Assembly: GCF_009834535.1 (NCBI RefSeq)
Contig: NC_045697.1
Coordinates: forward strand, 89,716,001 to 89,780,000
DNA length: 64,000 nt
Direction of reading: 5' to 3'
Origin: Camelus ferus
Taxonomy: Eukaryota
Positions 51,701-64,000 of this stretch are shown here, piece after piece; position 1 is the stretch's first letter; each line of letters starts with the position of its first letter. The translations under genes and the position numbers were made by a program. The notes under the pieces were generated by a model. The model did no database searches, was not told the origin of the DNA, and worked only from the letters and a program-made list of their open reading frames with translations.

Positions 51701-53269
51701 ACTGTTGCTGGTGTTGTCATTTTATAGTCTGTATCTCCAAGGGTAGTAAATGCAAAGCATCCCTTATTAACCGTCCTGATGGAAAGAGAGTAAAGCATGT
51801 TTTTCTGTTATCACAAGGGTAAATATAACGCTGTGTCATTAGTTGAAACAAGCTAAGACTGCTCCAAATTTCTACACACTTGGATGTTGAAACCATACTT
51901 GACTTTGGCATCAGGCAATGTCATTTAATAGGTTCACATGGGCCGACATGCCGTTAAGCATGCACTGTGTATTATTTTATGATGTTTGAGTTGGACTCAC
52001 ACTTTCTGGGTGCACGTAGTTGTGTTTTTTTCAGATTCTTGTGAAAAGCCAGAGGAACCTGTTTCCAATTTCATGACCGTTTATCACTAATCCAAAATGA
52101 CTGCAGCATTACCTACAGACCTACAGACAGGAAGCTCTAAGAACTGGATCCATCATATATTTGCCCAGAAGCTCTGTTAAACCAGTTTTATGCTTGTGTC
52201 GATGAAGGTGACAGTCGGCTGAGAACGTAGACAAAGTACTATACTGAGCTACAGTACGGGGAAAAAAAATTCTTCATTTAATGCAACAAAAGATCTAGGA
52301 ACAATCATGCCGGCACTTTCGGTAATTGCTTGATCACTTGAACACTTACTGTCTCTTTAAGTTTCGAACAGTCTCTTTATAATCACCCTCAGCTGTAGTT
52401 TTCATTCACACACAGATTTAACAGAAAGCAAGCCAAACCATGGTTTCCACTTGGGATAGTTCTCTTAATCAGACATAAAGTGCACTTTTCCTGGAAAATC
52501 TTCAAACGAGTTTGAAAATATTGCAGCTGTGAAGTAATTAAGGTATTTGGAGTTTTTCAAGCAATTTGTGTGAATATAATCACAAATGTCATCATGTTAA
52601 GGAACACTTAATGCTCAAAAGCATCTTGTGGCGTCCTGAAAGATTCCTCCCCAGAAACAGGGTGATCTGTGATGGAACTTTCATATTTTGATGATAGTTT
52701 TATTCACTGAAGTCATTTACAAGGATACTTGACAGAGATCTACAGAAGTGGTGCTTTATTTAAAGCAACTCATTTAAAAAAATTTAGTTCAGTTACTTGA
52801 TGTTTAAGTTTTCTTCAATAATGTTATATTACAAGCAACTTTATCTTCAAATTATCAAGGTATATGGTAAGATACCTTTAACTTTCTAAATGTCAGAAAG
52901 AATTTTGTACAAAGATATTCATAGGCGCATGATGTGAACTGGCTAATTTGAAAATAATCAAATAAAACTTTAAAAGTTGAAAAAAGCTACAGGGCATACT
53001 TTCATTGGAATACTAAGTACTTGATAAAATGTACAAATTAATTAGGCAGGAAAAATGCTTACCCTATAAGGACAATTTAAAATACAGTTTACAATTTCAC
53101 TCTTTAGTATCATAAATCTTCAAATTTTTAGAAGTTACACACTCAAATATTATTTTTTTGTAGTAAAGCCACAAGCCTGAACAAACGACTTTCCTACTTA
53201 AAATGCTTCAATGACACTATTTTTCCTAAAACAAACTCTACATCACTATTCTTTTTCCTCATTCTCTAA

Positions 53270-53660
53270 ACTCGGGTCACATTGACATTCTTCCAAAGGT
53301 TCTTCTTTCCTGCTTCGAGAATTCCATTCCAATATTCTTTCTACATGAAATGCTTTCTCCACTCTAGCTGACCCTGACCTCCTGAGTAGTTAACTTTTAA
53401 GAACTCTCAAATATTAGTCAATACTTCATTCCTCTAGAAGCCTTTTCTAATTCAACTAGGGAAGTAAGTTTTCTCTGGTATGTAGTCTCATGTCCCCTGA
53501 AATTCACTTTCATATCCCTTTTGACAATTTCAATTAATTATGTGGGTAATTATTTAATGTCTCTCCAAAAATAGAACATAAATCCTTCAGCTGACAGACC
53601 ATATTGACTGCTACCACTTAGCAGAATATCTGACAAACAATTGTTATTTAATAATTTTGC
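53270..53660 (+). mobile_element. L2 3' region
   Basis: cttcattcctctagaagccttttctaa...ttatttaatgtctctcc...cttagcagaatatctgaca. Confidence 0.6.
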
Positions 53661-53689
53661 CTATTTGTTTGAACACGGAAGTTATGCTT

Positions 53690-54222
53690 CTGGTAAGGGT
53701 GGAGTAGCTCATATCAGACAAACCCTCCCACAGGAAACAATGGGAAACACTGAACAAAATATGTATTTACACACAGAGATACATCCATGCCTAGAGGCAA
53801 AGGAGAAGCAGGCAAAAACTGGTGAGCAGTAAACACATTGGCAGAAGGAAATGAATAGCACTTGTCGAGTTCCCCACATTTACAACTTTCCTCCTGAGGG
53901 AAGCATGGAGTCACCTCCGTGAAGACCAACTCTTTGACAGAAGCCTGATCTCTTACTGGCTTGAGGAATCAGAGGAAAGACTTCTTGGCTCCTACAGCAG
54001 CTGCAAAGTGGAGGGGGGCTATCCCAGGAGAGAACAGGAGAGGCTAAGCCCATGTTCCTGGCTGGTCCCTGAACCCTGCATACACAGGCACACTGGTGTC
54101 AGCCTGGCTACGGTTAAAGGAGGGAACAGGGATCTCGGCCGCTGCCCACTGCCAAGGAGCACAGTGTGGAATTTAAGATCAGCCCAGTTAACTGCCTGCT
54201 AAAACAAGAAATCAACACTGTT
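53690..54222 (+). mobile_element. Probable old LINE-1 5'UTR fragment
   Basis: atcagacaaaccctccca...; ends cagcccagttaactgcctgctaaaacaagaaatcaacact, as in recalled old L1M 5' ends. Confidence 0.5.
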
Positions 54223-54259
54223 TTGGCCTGGGATTTGTATTCACTACAAAAATGTCTCT

Positions 54260-55030
54260 GAAGAAGTAGCATTTATGCTGATACACAAGGAATTTGTAGG
54301 AGCCAGGAGAAGAGTAAAATAAGTGTTTCTTCCAGAGAGAGAAACAAAAAGCATATGCAAATGTCCAATACTAGGAAATCTTAGCACATTTTGAAACACA
54401 ACAAACACCAGTGTGTCTGATGCATAACAGAAGGAAGGGAGAGGGTGACAGGAGATGAGTTCTAATGTTAAGCAGGGGCAAATGATGTGGGGTCTTGTAT
54501 ATCATGTTTACTTATTCTCACTTAATTCTAAGCACTTCCAAAGACTTCAGAGGGTTTTAGGCAGTATAATGGCATGGTCAGATTTTGTTTCTAGAAGATC
54601 ATTTTGGCTACAATACAGAAAAAAACATTACTAGAGAATAGAGGTGGATAAAGAGAAAACAATCTCCTGATATTTTCCAGCTGTAATTGGATGTGAGGTA
54701 TGAGTTAGTAAGAGTAGAATACAAAGGCTGACACACAGGTTTCTGGCCTGAAGACTGGTATGCTGACTATGAAGATACAGAAAATTGGAGGTGGGGAAAA
54801 CTTGCGGAGAGGATTAAGAATCGAATATTTAACATGTTGATGACGTCACTTGAATATATTGCTCTGGAGGTCATTGTTCTGGGGGTGTGGCTTAGCAATG
54901 TAAATTTGGAAGTCATCGATGCAGAAATGGCATTTGAAGCCATGAAATTGGAAGACGGTAAGTGAGAAACCATTTACTGTCCACAAGAGGCCAGGACTGA
55001 ACCGGTGAAGGGTGGACAATGGGCTCAAGA
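54260..55030 (-). mobile_element. L2 fragment
   Basis: agaagatcattttggctaca, caggtttctggcctg, gtaaatttggaagtcatcgatgcagaaatggcatttgaagccatg. Confidence 0.75.
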
Positions 55031-55949
55031 TAGTATACCATACCCTGCTTACTTATAGGTCTGAAATCGTAAGTAATTTGTATTTTTTGGTGCATTTAAA
55101 GTTATTTTAAAAGATGAGATTATCTCATTGTGTTCAAAAGCTGACTGAATCAATCCCTAGAGCATTAAGAGTTAAAGATGCAGGAGAAACAGTAAATAAT
55201 GGATGTTCCCATAATAGTGAGGATGCTAGCCAACTGGATTCTAACTTGCGACAATTATACAACACTTGTTGAAACACTACATATCTATTTACATTACATT
55301 AACAAACTACAGGTGCCAACATATCAGCCAACTATCTAAAAGGAGCCCACAAAATTGGGTTAAAAACCATAATAGCAAAAACATAGGAAAGCTTGAATGC
55401 AGTGTACAATGCAAATAGCAAAACTGCCGAGATTTGTCACAAACATATAAAAACAAATGGTTATAGAAGATCATCATCATGCTAAAAATCACAGACTCCA
55501 GAGTAAGAGATTAATAGCATTACTCCTCAGGGATGTCACTTGGGTAAATTACTTACCCTAAGTCGCAATTTCTTTCTAAAACTGTAATACTACCAGCATT
55601 TACCCACCTCTCAAGGCTTTTTCAATCTAAAATTATTTAAGTGCATAATTATAGTGTTCAATAGATATTTCAATCACGTTGAAGGTGATTGATAATAATG
55701 GCTCTGAGTAAAATTCAGCAACTAAAAGGAATATATTTCAGAATGCACACACACATACACTTGTACACACACATGTTCACACCCAAGATTAGGAGTTGTA
55801 ATGAAGTGATAAATAGCCCTGAAGTAATCTGTTGAAGAAGCATTTCCCTCTTGAGTTTGAAAAGAGTAGAAAACGTCTAGTAAAAAAAAAGCGTCTTTTA
55901 TGATTTGAGTAACATTTATTTGAACTTCATGTCCATAATAATTAGAAAT

Positions 55950-56140
55950 CTGATCTCTGGCAACAATTTTCATGGCTTTAACGCTCAGCTCTGCCATTTT
56001 CTCTTTGTAAAACTTGGGATATGTATGAAACTGTGTGGCTCAGTTTTCTGATCTGTGAAATGGGGATAGTAATAGCACCTATGCTGTGAGAATTACACAA
56101 ATAAATATTAATGTGGCATAGAATAGCTCGATGTTTACCA
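55950..56140 (+). mobile_element. MIR
   Basis: cagctctgccatttt...ctcagttttctgatctgtgaaatggggatagtaatagcacct...tgtgagaatta. Confidence 0.8.
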
Positions 56141-56179
56141 ATCCTATTCTTTTATTCATAAGCTATGAAGAATATTACC

Positions 56180-56470
56180 TCTCTTAGCTTCCCTTTCATT
56201 TAGGTTGGGGCAACACCACTGCATTCCTGCCAGAAGAGTGTGATTCAGAATGATGTATGCCCCTTCCAGGTTTTGCTATAATATATTTGGTATGGTCTTT
56301 GTTCTCTTACTTTGTCTTAGCCATTTCCAGCACAGTTGGAAAGAGCCAGCATCTTTGATTACCATGTGAATGACCACCTCCTGAAACCCAGTTAAACTCT
56401 GATATGAATGAGAAATACACCTTCGTCTTAGGCCACTGAGATTTGGCAATCGCCTTTTACAGCACTAACA
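56180..56470 (+). mobile_element. Old MLT1 (MaLR) LTR fragment
   Basis: ttaggttggggc...gatgtatgccccttccagg...tgaatgagaaatacacctt...gccactgagatttgg. Confidence 0.6.
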
Positions 56471-57949
56471 ATAATTTCCCAAAGTCATTCTGCAGCACTT
56501 AGAGCAGTAGGCAGCTAGCACGTAGTCAGTGTTCAATAAACTGCTAGCAGTTAAAATAATGCTGGATTTCCAGATAGCCAAAGATCAGAAAATAAATTGT
56601 GGATATGATACTCCAAATATCCAAAGTAAGATTTCTTAATTCTGAAAACAAAATTTGACCTTAAAACCAAACATGGAAAATACGTTCTGTGTTAACCTGT
56701 CGTATAAGTAGCAGATTATGGTTATTCAATCAAGGTTCCAATCACATTTAGAGATGCTTACAAGCTAGTGTTGTTAGATAATTTTGTTGCCTCTAACCAT
56801 TCTGTTCTGTGCTGTGTTCTGTATCACCTATTCTATGGGTTATCCTCAATTCAATAGCACTGCAGGCTCCACATTCCTACCAGACATTATTTCCAGTTCA
56901 CTCACTTCCTTTCTCTTTCTCCAGGTAGAAGGAATATGATTTCCATATATTTCTTAAGCACTGAAAATTGTACTGCATGCATGTATAAGTTAGATATATA
57001 TGAATATATATCAAAACACTGAAAATGTGCTTTTGTATCATATTTAAAAACTACATAATATGGTAGAAGGCCAGATATTTAAAAATAAAAATAATTACCC
57101 CACTTGGTATCATCCAACATCTTCCAGAGCAGCATATAAATTTTAAATAAACAGCTTGAGCAGAAGCTTTCAACTAGTATAGGGCTACACAAATACTTAT
57201 ATTTTTTCCATATGGGAAGAAATTATCTATATTACAGCCATTTTATTGTTCATTGCAGAGGGGTATGTGAAGCAGACTGCACTGACCTTTATTTCCTTTA
57301 GAAAACCAAACCTAGAGTATTTTTCTGCAGAAACTGCCTATAGGTTTAGCAAATTCACTGAACCCTGTTACAGGCATTTTTTAACCAGAGCCAACAACTG
57401 TGTACCTCTCTTGATCGCTCACCAACTACATGGTGTATGTTAACACGAGACACACAGAAGCCATAAAGGAAATCGCCCCCAGCTGTACATGACCTTGATT
57501 TTCAGATATCCCTGTTTCCATATCCTTTCCCAAAGTGGGAGTGCATAAAAAAAGCTTCTAGTCCTCATATGTTTTTATTCTCGTACATGGAAGCATCCAA
57601 ACCAGTAACAGGATGTTACAGTGATGTTCAGGTAATCACCAACTTCCTTATTAAAAGGGATCCCTCCTAGTGTTATATGTATTTCCATTCCCTTTTGGTC
57701 TTTTTCTCCCAGCTGAACATGTTGGAAGTACTCTAAGCACACAGGAAAAACAATCCTGGGTAATTCTACCTCAAAATCTCTGGGTTAAGCAATTTTAATG
57801 ACATCTCATTACCTCAATATGTTTTCTTCAATTCTAAAACATAGGTTAACAACAAAAATAGGAAAAAACAGACCACAGGACCAGAACTGAGTGTCCTTTG
57901 TCTTTGTATCAAATATATATCTTATGTACTGTAGAAAAATCCAAGCATT

Positions 57950-58380
57950 ATTCATTTAATCTACTCCATTCTTAAATGAACGTCCCTCATTTTGGGGCTC
58001 TATGTTAGGTACAAAAAATACAAATATGAAGGACAGAATTCTGACCTTCACGGAGCTGAGTAAGTTAGGAAAATACAGACAAGGAAGTCGGTGACTATTA
58101 CTACTACTGACTTATAATCAATGACAAATAATATTGTTTGATGAGAGTTATAATAAAAATACATGCACATGCATATGTTTTCTCTTCTGGTAAGAGGAAA
58201 CAGGAGATCAGATAACAGTGATTCTGGAGTTCTTGAGATTCAAATTAGAGAACAGAAAGGCATTATATGGAGAGACAGAACAGCATGTACACAAGCATGG
58301 CCACAATAATCAGGACACTCAATCTTGAAATCAGGATGGCTGAGTTAGAGTAAACAGTGAGTACTGTGAATGTAATGGAA
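57950..58380 (-). mobile_element. L2 fragment
   Basis: ctctatgttaggtac...ctgaccttcacggagctga...gaacagcatgtacacaagcatgg. Confidence 0.55.
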
Positions 58381-60523
58381 GATAGGAAGGGGGGTCTTAA
58401 ATGACATAACAAGCACTCAAATTTAGATAAAAAAAGATTCTTGAATGGCTAATATTCATCCTGTTTTTATAGGAAACCAAACAAAACAAACATAAACATG
58501 ACATATTTCTCTGGAAAGAATCTACTCTAAAAAAAGGCAGAGATGAGACAGAAACAACAATTCTATTGGATGGAATGATCCAGGGAAGAAATATTGGATG
58601 AGATGTCAATGAAATAGCATCCATTCCTGAAGACAGTGATATAAGCAAACAAGTACCTTTAAAAAATTTTTGTATTTCTCTTTTCATTTCTCTTATGATG
58701 ACAGCATAAAGAGATCATTTGTGTACACTGTTTTTAATTCCTCATGAATGGGTAACATTTATGGTTTATCTTCACACATGACTTCTCTTCCTTAGAGAGC
58801 CACTGATGCCTGCTTGCCAAGTCCTCACCTGGAGTCCAAGGAACACAAAGAAATATGGCCACTGGAACCTCCTCTCACATCCTCAATTTATTAACTGTAG
58901 TTTGTAAAATAAAGCAGCCTGGGGTGAAAACAATACTCTTGAATTAATTTTACTACTATTTCTAGAGGCTTATATTAATGGGTTTATTTTATAACAAGAA
59001 AGAATGAAATAAAAACTAATTATGGTCCTGCATAAGCATGGTCTCTGGGAAAAGTACTAAAGTGTCCTTTCACATGCGGACTTAATAAACCTTCCCAAGC
59101 TGAGTTCACTTCCAGTCACTCGGCAGCTTCCTCCAAACCAAGTAAAAAATCATGATGCTCAGTTGCTATGACAGTCCATGGAACAAGCATGGTAAGCAGT
59201 ACAGCTGCAGAAACCACAGTGTACGCTGATAAGAGGAGTTATTTGCTCGGTAAACTTTCAGAAGGTAAATATGGAACAGAAGATGTAATAGTCTATAAAT
59301 ATTACTTCTTTCTTTTACCCCATTATATAGGGTATCAGCCCTTTGAGAATTTTAAGGACTTCTACCAAAGATGACTTGTGAAATAGGCACTGTTCTATCA
59401 CTGTGGGGAGGGAGCAAAATGTACTTCTTAAGTATCTATAGAGTTATAGTACTAGAAGGGATATGAAATGTATGAGGTTCACCTTGACTTTTCTACACAC
59501 GGGAAGACTGGCTGTGAGAGTTGAAATGGCTTGCTCCAAGTCACAGAGCCAACAAGCAGAGACAGTCATAGAATTCAGTCTCCTATACAGGCTCCTCCTA
59601 GTGCCGTGCTCTTTATTATTTCCTGCGGTGCACTATGTCACTAAATATTCAGAAGAAAATACAAATTAACACACACACACAAATATCTACACCCTAACCA
59701 ACTTGAACTGTTTCCCATACATAAAAGCATCTACTGAGTACACAGAAACCATCTTTAAGGCACATTCTTGCCTACAAATAGACAGTTCCCAATGTAGGAT
59801 ATTTTGCACAGTTGAAAAAATAATTATACCCTCAGATAGCTTCACCTGCATGATTATAAGAAATAACCCCTAAAACGGCTGAACAAAGACAGACTTTTGT
59901 TTCTTCTGGTGACACAAAAGCATTCCAAATTTTAAATTCTAGTGTCAAAGCACAGGATTAGAAAAAATGTTAGATTCCATGGAGCTAAGTCCAATGAAAA
60001 AAATTGAGGTCATGGAAATATAAGTGACTAGCACATGATCATAGACTTATTAGCTAAATTATGCTTGACAAATAATCCTTATAAAGTCTTCATGCAACAC
60101 AGATCTCTTGGACTTTAATCCAATGATTATTCCCCCATGGAGTGATAAATTGTTTCCCATCCTCCCACTCCCATGGAGAAAACATGAGAATGAAAATGAA
60201 TATAACTATGCAAGTGGAATTTAATCAAATCTAATTTTTAACTGAAGAAAATTAAATAGTTTCAGACATTTGACCCTTGAAGCTTATTATACCATGACTT
60301 CTCTGCATGTTTTGCTATATTTCCTAGACTCAGCATGTTTTTTCTGACAATCAGCAGCATTTCTACAGTTCCCATGATACGTGACTTTTTAGGAATGACA
60401 AAAATACAATCACACACAGATACACACAAATCTAAGGGACTGAAATTAAGAACACACACAAAGCAATTTCCAGAATGGAATCTGATTCTCTCCTAATTTG
60501 ATGGGTAAATTAATCTCCCTGAA

Positions 60524-60590
60524 AAAGAAGAAGGAGGGGGAGAGGGTGGAGGAGGAAGAGGAGGAGGAGAAAGAGGGGGAAAAAGAAGCC
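60524..60590. repeat. GA-rich (GAG/GAA) low-complexity tract
   Basis: gaagaaggagggggagagggtggaggaggaagaggaggaggagaaagagggg. Confidence 0.9.
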
Positions 60591-61699
60591 AAGAAATAAC
60601 TCTGGAGTAGGACAGTTGATTTTTAATAACTTTCCCAAAATGTACTGAGAGAAACAAGATCTGTTCATGACAGCAATACTTAAGATGTTCTGCAAAAAAT
60701 TACATGAGCTAATAATATACTTCACATTATACCAAATGTTTTGGAAATCCACAGAGAATGAGAATATATGGGAAGTCTGGCATAGACAATAATGTGAGTA
60801 AAAATCCTGTTAATTTTTTTTTTTTAACTAACAGTTTCCTCAAATTTACTTTACCACTGAACGTTCTTTTTACACCTTCCTTAAACCTAGCAGGAGACTA
60901 ACTGTGCTGAGGAGATTCTAACTGATAGATTACAGGGGCAGTGCTACTCAATGACAATGTAATATGCTTGGAATTACAATTGTCAAAAATGACTGTCATA
61001 AATTGTGACAATTTTGTAAAGAATATTTCTTAAGGCTCTTTAACTTTTCCCTAAATCCTGCAATAAGACACAGATAAGTTGGTTAACTATAGCTAGCCAA
61101 ATGTCTGATAGGTAGAATTCCTAACCCATATGCAGTATGAAACAAAACACCTCAACTTAAATATTTAGACAAAAAGATTAGGTGAAATAAGTGAAACTAT
61201 ACATTTATTAATATTTGATTTGAATATTGGGTTATTACTTGGGTAATGGTAAATCAGTTAAACAGAAATCACTAAATAACATTTGAAGTGATACATGATA
61301 AAGTATTATATTTCAAGGAGAATGGTAAGCATGGATTTAATTTAAATCTTAACTAGTTGTAGAGATTCAGATCCAAGTAAAATAATTTCTCAGTTAATTT
61401 TGCCATTTTACATAACAGCTCTAAATTCATGAGAATTACAAAGAAATCATAAAGAGTTAAATTTTCCAACATTATGTACATATCCAGATCATTAAATATC
61501 TAAAAAGAAAAACTATGCAGTGACTAGAACTATGATAATAGATATATTTATCCCCAGTAAACTGCAAGTCTCCAAACTTTCTATGACAAAAGCAGTAGAG
61601 GATTAGAAGAAAGCAATATTGAAACTATAACATCATAGCTTCTTTTAAAACATACATCTTTAAATTACATATTTGTCTAAAACAGACTACGCCTAAGTA

Positions 61700-62225
61700 G
61701 GATTGCTTACTCAGGACCTACTATGTTCTAGGGCACTAGACATGGAAAGACACAAAGATGAAAATTACAGATTTTGTCATAATTCTCTAATTGGCAAGTT
61801 AAAAAACCAATGAATAAATACCCTATATAAAGTGAAATATAACAGAATCATATAAAACAATGGTGTGGGTACACAGAGGTGGAAGCTATTAACCTAGACT
61901 AGGAAGGTAGAGAAGCTACATGGACAATGATGCTTGAAGTGGGGGTTGAAGGGTGAGGATCTAAGTGAATAGGAGCTTTGAAGAGATATTTGAAATGAAT
62001 TCAACGTAGATAGAATATCAATCCAGGAAAGATAGAAACATAAGATCTATGAAGAGTCCAGGGTACAGAATGTGGTTGTGTGTGGCCACAGTAGATGAAA
62101 TATCAGGAGATGAGGCTGCAAGCACAGGCTGGAGTCAGATAAGAAAGAATCATATATGCCAGGCTAAGGAGATCTATATGGAGAAGCTAAGGACACTTCA
62201 TTTTTAATCAGTCAACAGCTCTTTT
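61700..62225 (-). mobile_element. L2 fragment
   Basis: cctactatgttctagggcact...gatgcttgaagtggggg...ggagatgaggctgca...tgccaggctaaggag. Confidence 0.65.
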
Positions 62226-64000
62226 TAAAAAATATTATTTCTCTAATGTTACATAGATCTGGGAAGTTCAGGTTTATGTTAGTGCGGCTTTCCCAAATAT
62301 CTCTTCCATTGTCTTTCCATCCTGGCACTGTCCAGACTGTACTACAGAAGGGCTGGAATAGGTATCACATCCCTCCTGCGCCTTCAGTCATCAGAAATGT
62401 CTTAATATCACTGAATAGTATATTGAACATTCGCCTTCCCTGAAACATTCAAAAATCAGAATTTTTTTAAAAAAAGAAACATAGAAATTGTCACTGAAGT
62501 TTAATACTTCAATGTTAATAGTTAATAGGTTGTAGGGGGTAAAAACAGATAATACCTTCTTCATTTAGATTTTAGAAGTCAACTCTTGAGTTTTAGGAAC
62601 GGAAAAGTTAGCCTTTATTATTTTATCAATATCATTTCAGGCTCTTGGAAAACCTACATATGTCTTTAATTCTCTCCGAAATTTTCTTACTTAGCTGCAA
62701 TGAGTGTTGGATTTTTATATTTTAACTATTGCTATATTCCTATCAATTCATTCCTGCTATTTTAAAGTTTACCAAATCTTTTGGGGCTAGATATGGCTAG
62801 AGACTTGTAAAATATCTTTACATGTATTGCATTCTTTCAATGTTTTATATTAAGTTATTTTCCTTTAAGTCCGGGCAGGGAGACTGAATTCTGAAATCTG
62901 GCATGACATTAACAAGAATACTGAGCTAGTCCCAGTTCCTTAAGTGGCAATATCTCTTCAGCTTAATGGCACCAGACCTAAGTCTTCATGAAGTTCAAAT
63001 GCTGTGTTCATTCTTTGCAAATATGTGCAATTACACAATGGGCTTTGCTTATTTTTAATTAAGTAGAATTTTAAACTGAGTATTTTAAAGAAAAACTGTA
63101 AAATTCAAAGCAAATAAAACTCAGACGTTTTATATATTTGCATTTAGTCATTCACCATGATGGATGACTCATGAGATATTTTAAAATACAAAAAACTGTA
63201 AGCCACACTTGTAAAACATGCAATTTTTGGTTGCTTCTCAGATTACTATTCCCTTTCTATTCATGTGAAGATAACTTGGGGTAATCTAAGAAAGCTTCAA
63301 ATATTGAAATGTATCCATATAACTACTCACTTTTGATAGCTAATTATCATGCTGTCATGCTACAGTAATTGTTGCCCCATCAACCAAAGATGAAGTGAGG
63401 CCTCAACAGCAATGAGCTCTCTATTCATATATATTCTTATGTACATGGATATGTATACATCCATACAGATAAACATACACATCGTATATACATATACAGC
63501 ATATTCAATACATATGTGACAGCCACTATGTACAGATATCAAACAGATTAAAATATCTGTAGACTCCTACGTTTGTTTTTCTGAGACTCTGCTTTTTGTT
63601 TTACAAAGTGTGTTTCTCTCTTATCACTGTAGGCTGATAATATCTGGCACAGGAACTAAAAACAGGAGAGGACTAAGGGAGAAAATCAAATCAGCTGCTG
63701 CCTTCCCTGCATTCTCAGAATTACAACAGCAGCAATGTTCTTTCTGTAAACTAGTGAAGAGACCCGGTTTATAGCCAATAAGCCTATGATGGAGAACCGC
63801 TTTTACCACTGACAAGTTATGTAACCCTGAGAAAAATGCTTACCCTCCTCATCCTCATTTACTATTTGAGAAATAAAGCATTTATGGGAGAGTATATTGG
63901 AAATACTACCCTAGTCACATGTCATGCTGTTTTGATTACTTAAGCTTGGTACTATTTTCTGAGACAACAGCTATCTTATTTTTAAAATTCTTCTTAGTGA

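Noticed and set aside
60973..61019. Short imperfect hairpin ttacaattgtca...tgacaattttgtaa (similar ones near 11830 and 48625)
   Set aside because: Short AT-rich arms are common by chance in DNA of this composition.
1..64000. CRISPR array, operon or prokaryote-like defence system
   Set aside because: No regularly spaced direct repeats and no long ORFs; the sequence is mammalian repeat-rich non-coding DNA.

Overview
AT-rich mammalian non-coding DNA (intergenic or deep intronic), most likely camelid: a tRNA-derived SINE at 13.5 kb resembles the camelid Vic-1 family. I recognise no host protein-coding gene, RNA gene or CRISPR array. The short ORFs are chance ORFs or fragments of decayed retroelements. 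The window is a layered transposon record. It holds a degraded class I ERV (LTR, PBS, gag MA, protease; 2.0-4.6 kb), an ERVL pol remnant with an LTR40-like LTR (25.5-28.4 kb, minus), a near-full-length dead LINE-1 (36.0-42.2 kb), several truncated L1s, LTR16/LTR33/MLT1 LTRs, hAT MITEs, and many L2/MIR relics. The best oddities are structural: (1) an L1 3' fragment fused to an MLT1 LTR cut near its poly(A) site, with an A-tail and one shared target-site duplication; (2) a twin-primed 5'-inverted L1; (3) an L1 whose 5'UTR joins mid-ORF1 at an AG, possibly a spliced retrocopy; (4) an ERV with a second PBS-like leader after its protease; (5) a perfect 26-bp inverted repeat. A few candidate exons and enhancer-like motif clusters are weaker. 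I see no support for a new multi-gene biological system. Repeat family names come from recalled consensus sequences, not a search, and boundaries of old elements are approximate.
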